A stretch of DNA of 41,156 bases, from IMG/VR virus record IMGVR_UViG_3300017987_000005, positions 1 to 41,156 of that record; one strand, 5' to 3'. The stretch is from a virus. Position numbers and translations under genes: made by a program. Positions 1 through 5,901 of the stretch are shown piece by piece (the first letter of the stretch is position 1; every line of letters begins with the position of its first letter). The notes beneath the pieces are model-generated. The model saw nothing but the letters and a program-made list of their open reading frames with translations. It ran no database searches and was not told the DNA's origin.

Positions 1-33
1 AACCTAGCGTGTCTGCCATTCCACCACAAGGAC
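1..33 (-). tRNA. tRNA 5' part, probably Leu (runs off the window)
   Basis: GTCCTTG-TG-GTGGAATGGCAGACAC-G-CTAGG-TT; Leu-type D arm; anticodon lies outside the window. Confidence 0.75.
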
Positions 34-61
34 AAATCTCTATATTTCAAAGAGCGATATT

Positions 62-139
62 TGGTCGGGGTGAGAAGATTCGAACTTCCGACCTCAGCGT
101 CCCGAACGCTGCGCGCTAGCCAAACTGCGCTACACCCCG
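62..139 (-). tRNA. tRNA-Pro(CGG)
   Basis: Cloverleaf; anticodon arm CAGCG-TTCGGGA-CGCTG; TTCGAAT T-loop; encoded CCA. Confidence 0.95.
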
Positions 140-147
140 GAATAATC

Positions 148-222
148 TGGTACCCTCGGCAGGAGTCGAACCTGAACTAAGACGTTCGTAGCGTCTCGTG
201 CTATCCATTACACTACGAGGGC
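148..222 (-). tRNA. tRNA-Arg(ACG)
   Basis: AGACG-CTACGAA-CGTCT; encoded CCA. Confidence 0.95.
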
Positions 223-223
223 A

Positions 224-247
224 TGGAGCTGCGAGCCGGACTCGAAC
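224..247 (-). pseudogene. 3' remnant of a disrupted tRNA-Cys
   Basis: GTTCGAGTCCGGC-TCGCAGC-T-CCA; TCGCAGC pairs with GCTGCGG of the 5' remnant at 845-885. Confidence 0.85.
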
Positions 248-253
248 GAACAA

Positions 254-330
254 TGGAGCCCCGGTCCGGATTCGAACCGGAAAATAACGGATTTGCAATC
301 CGTCCCCTTAAGCCATTTGGGTACCGGGGC
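254..330 (-). tRNA. tRNA-Cys(GCA), intact copy inside the HNH insert
   Basis: ACGGA-TTGCAAA-TCCGT; U73 discriminator; CCA. Confidence 0.95.
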
Positions 331-772
331 TTATTCGTCCGCGTTTCCATCCCAGCTCTTTAGCTGTTCTCCGGCGATGGCAATTAGCGCATACAATTAC
401 GCATTTAGCTATCTCCTTGGAAATCTTATCCCAAGAATATCTGCTCAACTTAGCGCAAATATTAAACGACTTCTTCTTACGGTCACGATGATGAAAATCG
501 AGAACGATAACATCGTCTTCTCCGCAATCTACGCACGGATGTTTTTCAAGATATGTTACGATTTTCTCGAAATTATCCGCGTACAGCCGTCGTTTACGCG
601 CTTTTGCTCTCTCAATGTACTGGTCGCGATATTTCTCATAATGCTTACGAGAGTGTCGTTTATCGCGATAGCAGTCCTTACACTGAGCATGACGCCTCCC
701 CGTCTTCTTGTCGCGGAAAAAGAAATCGTCATCCGACTTCTTCTTCTTGCAAACAGTACAAACTTTGCTCAC
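308..772 (-). CDS. HNH homing endonuclease with N-terminal Zn finger
   Basis: CxxC pairs; CVDCG...LDFHHRD...CANCHRRRT HNH signature; SD AGGAG before GTG; own promoter; stop codon lies inside tRNA-Cys. Confidence 0.88.
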   Translation of the reverse strand: MSKVCTVCKKKKSDDDFFFRDKKTGRRHAQCKDCYRDKRHSRKHYEKYRDQYIERAKARKRRLYADNFEKIVTYLEKHPCVDCGEDDVIVLDFHHRDRKKKSFNICAKLSRYSWDKISKEIAKCVIVCANCHRRRTAKELGWKRGRISPGTQMA

Positions 773-799
773 AATAAGTCTCCTATTAAAGTCATACTT

Positions 800-827
800 A
801 TTGTAGCAGTAATCCGGGAATCGTCAA
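800..827 (-). promoter_or_regulatory. sigma70-type promoter of the HNH cassette
   Basis: TTGACG-N16-TACAAT with extended -10 TG. Confidence 0.75.
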
Positions 828-844
828 CTACAAAACCATAAAAA

Positions 845-885
845 GTTTTGCAGACCGACGCCTTAACCAGTTTGGCTACCGCAGC
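845..885 (-). pseudogene. 5' remnant of a disrupted tRNA-Cys(GCA)
   Basis: GCTGCGG-TA-GCCAAACTGGTTAAGGC-G-TCGGT-CTGCAAA-AC, then breaks off. Confidence 0.85.
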
Positions 886-886
886 A

Positions 887-962
887 TGGTACCCCCACGG
901 GGAGTCGAACCCCGATTACTGGACTGAGAATCCAGCGTCCTAAACCATTAGACGATGAGGGC
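887..962 (-). tRNA. tRNA-Glu(CTC)
   Basis: CTGGA-TTCTCAG-TCCAG; CCA. Confidence 0.95.
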
Positions 963-994
963 AAACAACAAATATAAAAGAACAATAATTGAAA

Positions 995-1142
995 TCCAGG
1001 AAAGTAGCGAATAGAGTAACGCTCTGCTTACGCAGTGCTTGCTCTACCATTGAGCGACGGGGGCATTTATAAAACATCTATAATAACAAGCGCCCCCGAT
1101 TAGAATCGAACTAATGAAGTAACTCTACTCTTCATCACTGGA
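995..1142 (-). ncRNA. Y RNA-like (YrlA-type) copy F
   Basis: Paired ends TCCAGTGATGAAG / CTACTTTCCTGGA; GTTACTTC motif; T arm, closed acceptor stem, then D arm (permuted tRNA order); downstream of rsr. Confidence 0.8.
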
Positions 1143-1167
1143 CATCAATTGTAAAAGAACAAAATAA

Positions 1168-1303
1168 AAGCAGGAAAGTAGCGCAAGAAGTACGTCAGTG
1201 CTGGATTCGAACCAGCGTCTCCCGTCTTACGACGGGCGCTCTAGCCACTAAGCTAACCGTCTGCGTATGGTAGACGAAGTAACTCCTCACTTCATCACTG
1301 CTT
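1168..1303 (-). ncRNA. Y RNA-like copy E (tRNA domain in normal order)
   Basis: Same terminal handle; internal D arm, GTAA-capped arm, then T arm. Confidence 0.78.
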
Positions 1304-1320
1304 TTGAAAGAACAAAAATA

Positions 1321-1470
1321 AGACAGGAAAGCGGCGAGAAGAGAGACGCCCCGAAGGGCAAGTGCTCTACCAACTGAGCTACTCTCCCATATAAAAGCGG
1401 GAGAGGCTGGACTCGAACCAGCGACCACTCGGTTAAAAGCCGAAGTAACTCTACTCTATCATCACTGTCT
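1321..1470 (-). ncRNA. Y RNA-like copy D (permuted, Lys-TTT anticodon-like arm)
   Basis: Handle AGACAGTGATGATAG / CCGCTTTCCTGTCT; TCGG-CTTTTAA-CCGA; T arm; CTCTCCC/GGGAGAG acceptor stem; D arm. Confidence 0.8.
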
Positions 1471-1481
1471 TAATATCAAAA

Positions 1482-1546
1482 AGGAGGCAAGTGTCCGGAT
1501 AGGCACGTTTGTCTGATACGAAGTATCCCATCCTATCAGCACTCCT
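1482..1546 (-). ncRNA. Minimal Y RNA-like copy C (handle only, 65 nt)
   Basis: AGGAGTGCTGATAG...GATACTTC...ACACTTGCCTCCT; no tRNA domain. Confidence 0.7.
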
Positions 1547-1559
1547 ATAAATATTAAAA

Positions 1560-1711
1560 TCCGGGCAAGCGGCGTAAAGAGTTTTGTAGTTTGTAGCTAA
1601 GTAAACTTCAGGGGTATCAGCTACATTTCCCCTGACAGGAATCGAACCTGCTATCTCATTTGTTTCAAAAATGTGTTTAACCGAAGTAACTCATTTACTA
1701 TCAGCACCGGA
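1560..1711 (-). ncRNA. Y RNA-like copy B (permuted, GAA anticodon-like arm)
   Basis: TCCGGTGCTGATAG / CCGCTTGCCCGGA; CATTT-TTGAAAC-AAATG; T arm; CAGGGG/CCCCTG stem. Confidence 0.78.
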
Positions 1712-1741
1712 ATAAATTTCATTGTTAAAGAACAAAAGGTC

Positions 1742-1880
1742 TCGGGCAAGTAGTCGAAAAGAGGACTGTATACGCGTGCTGCCATTACACTATCCCCCGA
1801 TATAAATGGGCGGGGGAGAAGGAATCGAACCTTCACCGCGGCATCCGAATTGCGAAGTATCTCTCTTCTATCAGCACCGA
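1742..1880 (-). ncRNA. Y RNA-like copy A (permuted)
   Basis: TCGGTGCTGATAG / CTACTTGCCCGA; T arm GAAGG-TTCGATT-CCTTC; TCCCCCG/CGGGGGA stem; D arm. Confidence 0.8.
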
Positions 1881-1900
1881 TTCCTAATTTTCAAAAAACG

Positions 1901-2013
1901 GAGGGAGACAGGAACTAGTAGCCCGCATGGTTCAAAGCAATGCTGATTAACGTCTTAGTCAGCAGTGTGCTCCCAGCTCTTATTACTTTTGGGCTTGCTC
2001 CTGCCACTCCCTC
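1901..2013 (-). ncRNA. Candidate structured RNA immediately 3' of rsr
   Basis: Nested pairing GAGGGAG/CTCCCTC, GCAGGAGC/GTTCCTGT, AGCCC/GGGCT, plus a TGCTGA..TCAGCA hairpin. Confidence 0.55.
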
Positions 2014-2020
2014 TCTATTA

Positions 2021-3523
2021 TCACAGAACAATCTTCTTGATTTCCTCCACGGCATCGCTTCCCTCACGGATAGCGACGAGCATGTCGAAAACCTTGTCAC
2101 TCCATCCGCTGATGAAGTAGACATCGTCGTCCATCACAGACAGCGGAGTCGTTCCGTATCCAGCAAGGTCGAAGAAATACGCTTCCGACTTAGGGCTCTT
2201 CTTCTTGTACTTCTTCCAGATTTCATGGAACTGAGTTCCCGAAGCACGGTGACTCACGCTCCCTTCCATCCCCATGTCACTCCAAAGCTGTGCATCAGAG
2301 AAGAAGAAAACACGGTCAGACTTCACATTCTGCTTGATGAGGTAATCAATTACCTTCCATCCGTTCGTGCTGTATCCGACCTCTCCCTCGATGTCATGCA
2401 GACGCATCGTGTTCGAGAGCGGAGTCTTGCTCGTGAAGCGCTTAACCTTCCAGTCATCTCCGAAGATTCCGACAATCGAATTCTTGGTCTTCAGCTTCAA
2501 GAGCTGACCAAGCAGCAATCCGATGTCGTAATGCTCTACGGACGAACGCGGAGCAATCGGGTCCTGCATTGAACCAGAGACGTCACATGCAATGACGTTA
2601 CGTCCCTCTGCAATCAGCTTCATATTCGAGATACTCAGCTTAGCAGCTTCCTCCAGCGCCTCCATGACAAGCTCTGCGTGGTCATTCTTGTGACTCTCAA
2701 TCATACGGAACGCGCTCAGGTACCTGAACGGGAACTGGCGCGAATTCGCAACAGCCTTCTCGTTCGAAAGGTACGCGCATACCATGTTGATGTGCTTCTC
2801 AGAAACACCGGCATCAAGAATGTTACGCAGGTTCCTCAACAGAGCCATGTAACCAACCTTCTTACTTTCAATGAGCGATTCCCACTTCTGCTTCTTACTG
2901 CGTCCGTCCGGCTTCGACAGGATAGTCTCCCAAGTGAACGGGACTTCCAGGTCTCCGTCCTTGACCTTCCTGAAAAGGTCCGACTGTCCCTTGTCTACCG
3001 GCTTCGGGCGGCAGATACGCAGGGCATCACGCAGGGTAATCTCGTAATCCCTGTTATACTTCGCGAACTGATACTCGTCAAACTTGCTGAACGCGGAAGC
3101 AACTCCCTTACGAATCTGCTTCGCTATAGGCTTCAGCTCCTCGCGTCCGCTCAGCTCCTTGTAGCATGCAAGAATCTCGTAAAGCTCATCCGCACGCTGA
3201 ATGACGCGCTCAGTGACGGTCGAAACCAGTCCCTCCGGCGTATCCAGCTTCGCAAGCTCTACAGCAAGCACAAGCGGTACAGTACGCAGGTACATACTCT
3301 CACGAGCATATACCGCCAGCTTTCCAATGAACTCAGGGCTGACACACTTCATCAGCTCCCGCATCCTGGACATCGTGTTCTTCTCAGAACGATAGAACTG
3401 ATTGTCCAGAACAGTCGTGCAAACAAGCGAGTAAAGCTCCATGTCCTCGGTCATCCCGAAGGCATCGCCTCCCGCGAAGTTCTGCACACGCGACTTACTC
3501 TTCGTCTTCGAATACTTACTCAT
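2021..3523 (-). CDS. rsr: Ro60-related TROVE/vWA RNA-binding protein
   Basis: 500 aa; TROVE motifs (YARESMYLRTVP, FDEYQFAKYNR, TWET, YMALLRNLRN, QFPFRY); vWA MIDAS DVSGSM. Confidence 0.95.
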   Translation of the reverse strand: MSKYSKTKSKSRVQNFAGGDAFGMTEDMELYSLVCTTVLDNQFYRSEKNTMSRMRELMKCVSPEFIGKLAVYARESMYLRTVPLVLAVELAKLDTPEGLVSTVTERVIQRADELYEILACYKELSGREELKPIAKQIRKGVASAFSKFDEYQFAKYNRDYEITLRDALRICRPKPVDKGQSDLFRKVKDGDLEVPFTWETILSKPDGRSKKQKWESLIESKKVGYMALLRNLRNILDAGVSEKHINMVCAYLSNEKAVANSRQFPFRYLSAFRMIESHKNDHAELVMEALEEAAKLSISNMKLIAEGRNVIACDVSGSMQDPIAPRSSVEHYDIGLLLGQLLKLKTKNSIVGIFGDDWKVKRFTSKTPLSNTMRLHDIEGEVGYSTNGWKVIDYLIKQNVKSDRVFFFSDAQLWSDMGMEGSVSHRASGTQFHEIWKKYKKKSPKSEAYFFDLAGYGTTPLSVMDDDVYFISGWSDKVFDMLVAIREGSDAVEEIKKIVL

Positions 3524-3559
3524 GTCATCACTCCTTTACAAAAAGAGGAAAGTTAAAAA

Positions 3560-3637
3560 TGGTATCCCGGACGGGACTCGAACCCGCAATCTACACCTTG
3601 AAAGGGTGTTGAGTTTAACCAATTACTCTACCGGGAC
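3560..3637 (-). tRNA. tRNA-Glu(TTC)
   Basis: ACACC-CTTTCAA-GGTGT; CCA. Confidence 0.95.
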
Positions 3638-3655
3638 ACATCCGCTTATCTTCAA

Positions 3656-3730
3656 TGGTAGGAACGGCGAGAATCGAACTCACATCTTAAGCTCCGGAGG
3701 CTTATGTTCTATCCGTTGAACTACGCTCCC
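3656..3730 (-). tRNA. tRNA-Arg(CCG)
   Basis: TAAGC-CTCCGGA-GCTTA; CCA. Confidence 0.95.
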
Positions 3731-3731
3731 T

Positions 3732-3818
3732 TGGTAGGCGAGGCGGGATTTGCACCCGCACGAGCTTACGCCCATAGGATTTTAAGTCCTAAACGTCTTC
3801 TAATTCCGCCACTCGCCC
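3732..3818 (-). tRNA. tRNA-Leu(TAA)
   Basis: TAGGA-CTTAAAA-TCCTA; long variable arm; T-loop TGCAAAT; CCA. Confidence 0.92.
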
Positions 3819-3821
3819 GTA

Positions 3822-3894
3822 TACCCCGAGAGGGATTCGAACCCCCAAATTCTCCGTCTTGAGCGGAGCGCCTATGCCGTTCGGCTACCGGGGC
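3822..3894 (-). tRNA. tRNA-Leu(CAA), short variable loop, no encoded CCA
   Basis: CTCCG-CTCAAGA-CGGAG; 5-nt variable region; A73. Confidence 0.85.
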
Positions 3895-3899
3895 GTATC

Positions 3900-3960
3900 T
3901 GGCGGGGCACTGAGTCATTTCTCCGGCGAGCGTTCCTTCTCGCTTGCGTACGCATGCCCC
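3900..3960 (-). ncRNA. 61-nt mini tRNA-like element
   Basis: Acceptor GGGGCAT/GTGCCCC-G-CCA enclosing three non-canonical hairpins. Confidence 0.55.
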
Positions 3961-3968
3961 GTAATTTC

Positions 3969-4055
3969 TGGTGGGCCGGGGAAGACTCGAACTTCCAACG
4001 TCACTCGGAACCTGATTTACAGTCAGGGGCAATACCAGTTATGCTCTACCGACCC
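3969..4055 (-). tRNA. tRNA-Tyr(GTA)
   Basis: CCTGA-CTGTAAA-TCAGG; long variable region; CCA. Confidence 0.92.
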
Positions 4056-4056
4056 G

Positions 4057-4134
4057 TGGTGGACTCGGGGGATATCGACTCCCCAACCTCTCGGGCTTCA
4101 ACCGAGCGCTCTACCAAAAATGAGCTACAAGTCC
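4057..4134 (-). tRNA. tRNA-Phe(GAA), atypical T-loop
   Basis: CTCGG-TTGAAGC-CCGAG; T-loop GTCGATA; CCA. Confidence 0.9.
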
Positions 4135-4137
4135 GTA

Positions 4138-4213
4138 TGGTGGGCACAGCAGGGCTTGAACCTGCGACTTTCAGCGTGTCGAGCTGACGCTCTTCCAACT
4201 GAGCTATGCGCCC
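4138..4213 (-). tRNA. tRNA-Val(GAC), C33
   Basis: TCAGC-TCGACAC-GCTGA; CCA. Confidence 0.92.
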
Positions 4214-4245
4214 ACAGTAAACTTTGTTTTCAAAGAACAATATCA

Positions 4246-4334
4246 TGGCGGAGCGGGGGAGACTCGAACTCCCGCAACGGAAATCCGTTGTACTGGGTTC
4301 CAGCCAGTTGCCATAGCCACTAGGCGACCGCTCC
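4246..4334 (-). tRNA. tRNA-Ser(GGA)
   Basis: ACTGG-CTGGAAC-CCAGT; long variable arm; G73-CCA. Confidence 0.95.
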
Positions 4335-4343
4335 GTAAATTCC

Positions 4344-4430
4344 TGGCGGAGGATGAGAGACTCGAACTCTCAAGACGCGAACGTCCACTTGTTTTCGAGA
4401 CAAGCTGCTTACCAGTTAGCAAAATCCTCC
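4344..4430 (-). tRNA. tRNA-Ser(CGA)
   Basis: CTTGT-CTCGAAA-ACAAG; long arm; GCCA. Confidence 0.95.
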
Positions 4431-4431
4431 G

Positions 4432-4520
4432 TGGCGGAGAGGACAGGACTCGAACCTGCAAAGCATTGCTGCCTCCTTGTTTTCAAAACAAGTCCCCACA
4501 CCTACTGGGTCAACCTCTCC
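4432..4520 (-). tRNA. tRNA-Ser(TGA)
   Basis: CTTGT-TTTGAAA-ACAAG; long arm; GCCA. Confidence 0.93.
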
Positions 4521-4554
4521 ATATTTGCAATCAATTTCAAAAGAACAATATATA

Positions 4555-4643
4555 TGGCGGAGCGACCGAGAGTTGAACTCGGAAGGGCGTATCTCATCCC
4601 GACAGATTAGCAATCTGTTGCCATACCGTTAGGCGACCGCTCC
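4555..4643 (-). tRNA. tRNA-Ser(GCT)
   Basis: ACAGA-TTGCTAA-TCTGT; long arm; GCCA. Confidence 0.95.
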
Positions 4644-4653
4644 GCGTTATTTC

Positions 4654-4728
4654 TGGCTCCAGGGAGAGGACTCGAACCTCCAACCGTCGGCTTAACAGGC
4701 CGCCACACTACCGTTGTGCTACCCTGGA
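4654..4728 (-). tRNA. tRNA-Asn(GTT)
   Basis: CGGC-CTGTTAA-GCCG; GCCA. Confidence 0.93.
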
Positions 4729-4750
4729 ATATCAGCTAATTGTAAAAAAA

Positions 4751-4870
4751 CGTGCAGCTTCTAGGCGCTCAGTTATTCCCCGACAGGAAGCGCTCCACGA
4801 AATTGTCGGGCCAGATGTCCTCATGTCAAAGCTGCTGGAGGACCCACGATTCTTCAAACGTCTCGCGACG
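4751..4870 (-). ncRNA. Candidate pseudoknotted RNA between tRNA-Trp and tRNA-Asn
   Basis: GTCCTC/GAGGAC crosses GCAGCTT/AAGCTGC; CCCGACA/TGTCGGG hairpin; CGTC-GCGA-GACG tetraloop. Confidence 0.5.
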
Positions 4871-4879
4871 ATTATTGCT

Positions 4880-4953
4880 TGGCAGGCCGTGCAGGAATCG
4901 AACCCGCATAAAGAGTTTTGGAGGCTCTCGTGTTACCATTACACTAACGACCT
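4880..4953 (-). tRNA. tRNA-Trp(CCA)
   Basis: AGAG-C-CTCCAAA-A-CTCT; GCCA. Confidence 0.93.
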
Positions 4954-4974
4954 AAATTTTATCAAAGAACATAT

Positions 4975-5289
4975 GCTAGGCTCAAGCCTGCGTCCGAAAA
5001 GGGGTTAGCCCGGAGCGGACTCCATCGTGGAGTTGTCCGTGAAGGGAAAATTAAGCTAAGGGGTTTCTTTTCGGAGCTGCTGGCTTGCGCTTAGCTTAAT
5101 CCCACTCCTGGGACGACTCCCTGTTCCGCGAGTAATATATCATTACTCGGTCGGGAATCTTCCCATTTGGGATTATCGAACAAATACGATGACGCGCATT
5201 TGCACAGATTCCCTGTACCGGCAATGGCATTACCCATCACGGTGTGGAGGGATTGTCTGGTTGTGCAAATAGAATTAGTCATCATCGTA
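4975..5289 (-). ncRNA. Three tandem rod-like hairpin RNAs (4975-5095, 5098-5174, 5185-5289)
   Basis: Nested inverted repeats: CAAGCC/GGCTTG with TCCGAAAAG/CTTTTCGGA; AATCCCA/TGGGATT with CGAGTAAT/ATTACTCG; TACGATGA/TCATCGTA with ATTTGCACA/TGTGCAAAT. Confidence 0.6.
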
Positions 5290-5341
5290 CTCGTCCTTAA
5301 ACACAAAAGTCCGAAAAGGTACTTTATCAACTTACGCTATC

Positions 5342-5369
5342 ATTGTAGCATATAAAAAAGATATGTCAA
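5342..5369 (-). promoter_or_regulatory. Promoter of the tRNA/rsr/Y-RNA operon
   Basis: TTGACA-N16-TACAAT, extended -10 TG, upstream T-tracts. Confidence 0.8.
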
Positions 5370-5390
5370 GATAAAAAATAAAAAAACTTT

Positions 5391-5618
5391 TCAGCGCACC
5401 TGTATCCGAGATTTGTTACTACCCGTTTTCTTATCGATACGCCGCTGTGAACACTCGTCTGCATAATTATCAGAAATTTCGTATCCGGCCCGAAATCCTA
5501 TCTCGATTAGATTGGTCAGGACTCCAAAAAGGAAGAAAGGGAGCATCCACAACAGCATTAAAACATGCATGAAAAACAGTGGTATTACTTTAATGAAGCT
5601 CATATATAACTCCGTCAA
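5391..5618 (-). CDS. Hypothetical membrane protein
   Basis: Hydrophobic N-terminal half; operon context. Confidence 0.55.
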   Translation of the reverse strand: MTELYMSFIKVIPLFFMHVLMLLWMLPFFLFGVLTNLIEIGFRAGYEISDNYADECSQRRIDKKTGSNKSRIQVR

Positions 5619-5901
5619 TCTCAGTCATTACATTCGTATATCTCAGGTCGGTAATTATCTTCCCTTTAGCTGGTCCCTTAGATGGGTCCTCATGCTTAGC
5701 GGTGACGGATATCTCTGCTGCAACCTCTATCCTCGACTTCCCGCACTCGCATATAATAGGCAACTCAATCCGGTCCCCATTACGATAAAGCACTCGCCGA
5801 CAGATTGAGCACTGCATAGTCTTGAGTGGGGATATCGGTTTTCCATCTTTATCCATCGGTGTAATATTTTCATTCATTATGTCATTCTCCATGCAAACCA
5901 C
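5590..5901 (-). CDS. Hypothetical Zn-ribbon protein
   Basis: CSIC...CECG. Confidence 0.6.
   Translation of the reverse strand: MVCMENDIMNENITPMDKDGKPISPLKTMQCSICRRVLYRNGDRIELPIICECGKSRIEVAAEISVTAKHEDPSKGPAKGKIITDLRYTNVMTEIDGVIYELH

Larger units (their letters stand above)
45..4971 (-). promoter_or_regulatory. Dispersed boxA-like antitermination motifs (about 8 copies)
   Basis: (T/C)G(T/C)TCTTT motif near 45, 975, 1149, 1303, 1721 (TTGTTCTTTAACAAT), 4226, 4534 and 4959, all in spacers between RNA genes. Confidence 0.65.

Noticed and set aside
224-885. Group I intron in tRNA-Cys
   Set aside because: No room for a ribozyme core, part of the exon is deleted, and the insert has its own promoter and a complete tRNA
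995-1880. CRISPR array (recurring GAAGTAACTC...ATCA motif)
   Set aside because: Units are 65-150 nt with paired ends and tRNA arms, the repeats are degenerate and there are no cas genes; a Y-RNA array explains it better
3732-4520. Suppressor tRNAs or stop-codon recoding
   Set aside because: Anticodons TAA and TGA read Leu TTA and Ser TCA; no CTA/TTA/TCA anticodon was found, and the known genes are intact in the standard code
4751-4870. HDV-like/theta ribozyme
   Set aside because: Only about 6 nt separate the P2-like and P1' strands, too few for P3/L3, and the element does not start at the tRNA 3' end
116-5355. Short ORFs overlapping the tRNA/ncRNA region (e.g. 1195-1428, 3766-4032, 5091-5330)
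   Set aside because: They coincide with tRNAs or structured RNAs and lack protein-like features
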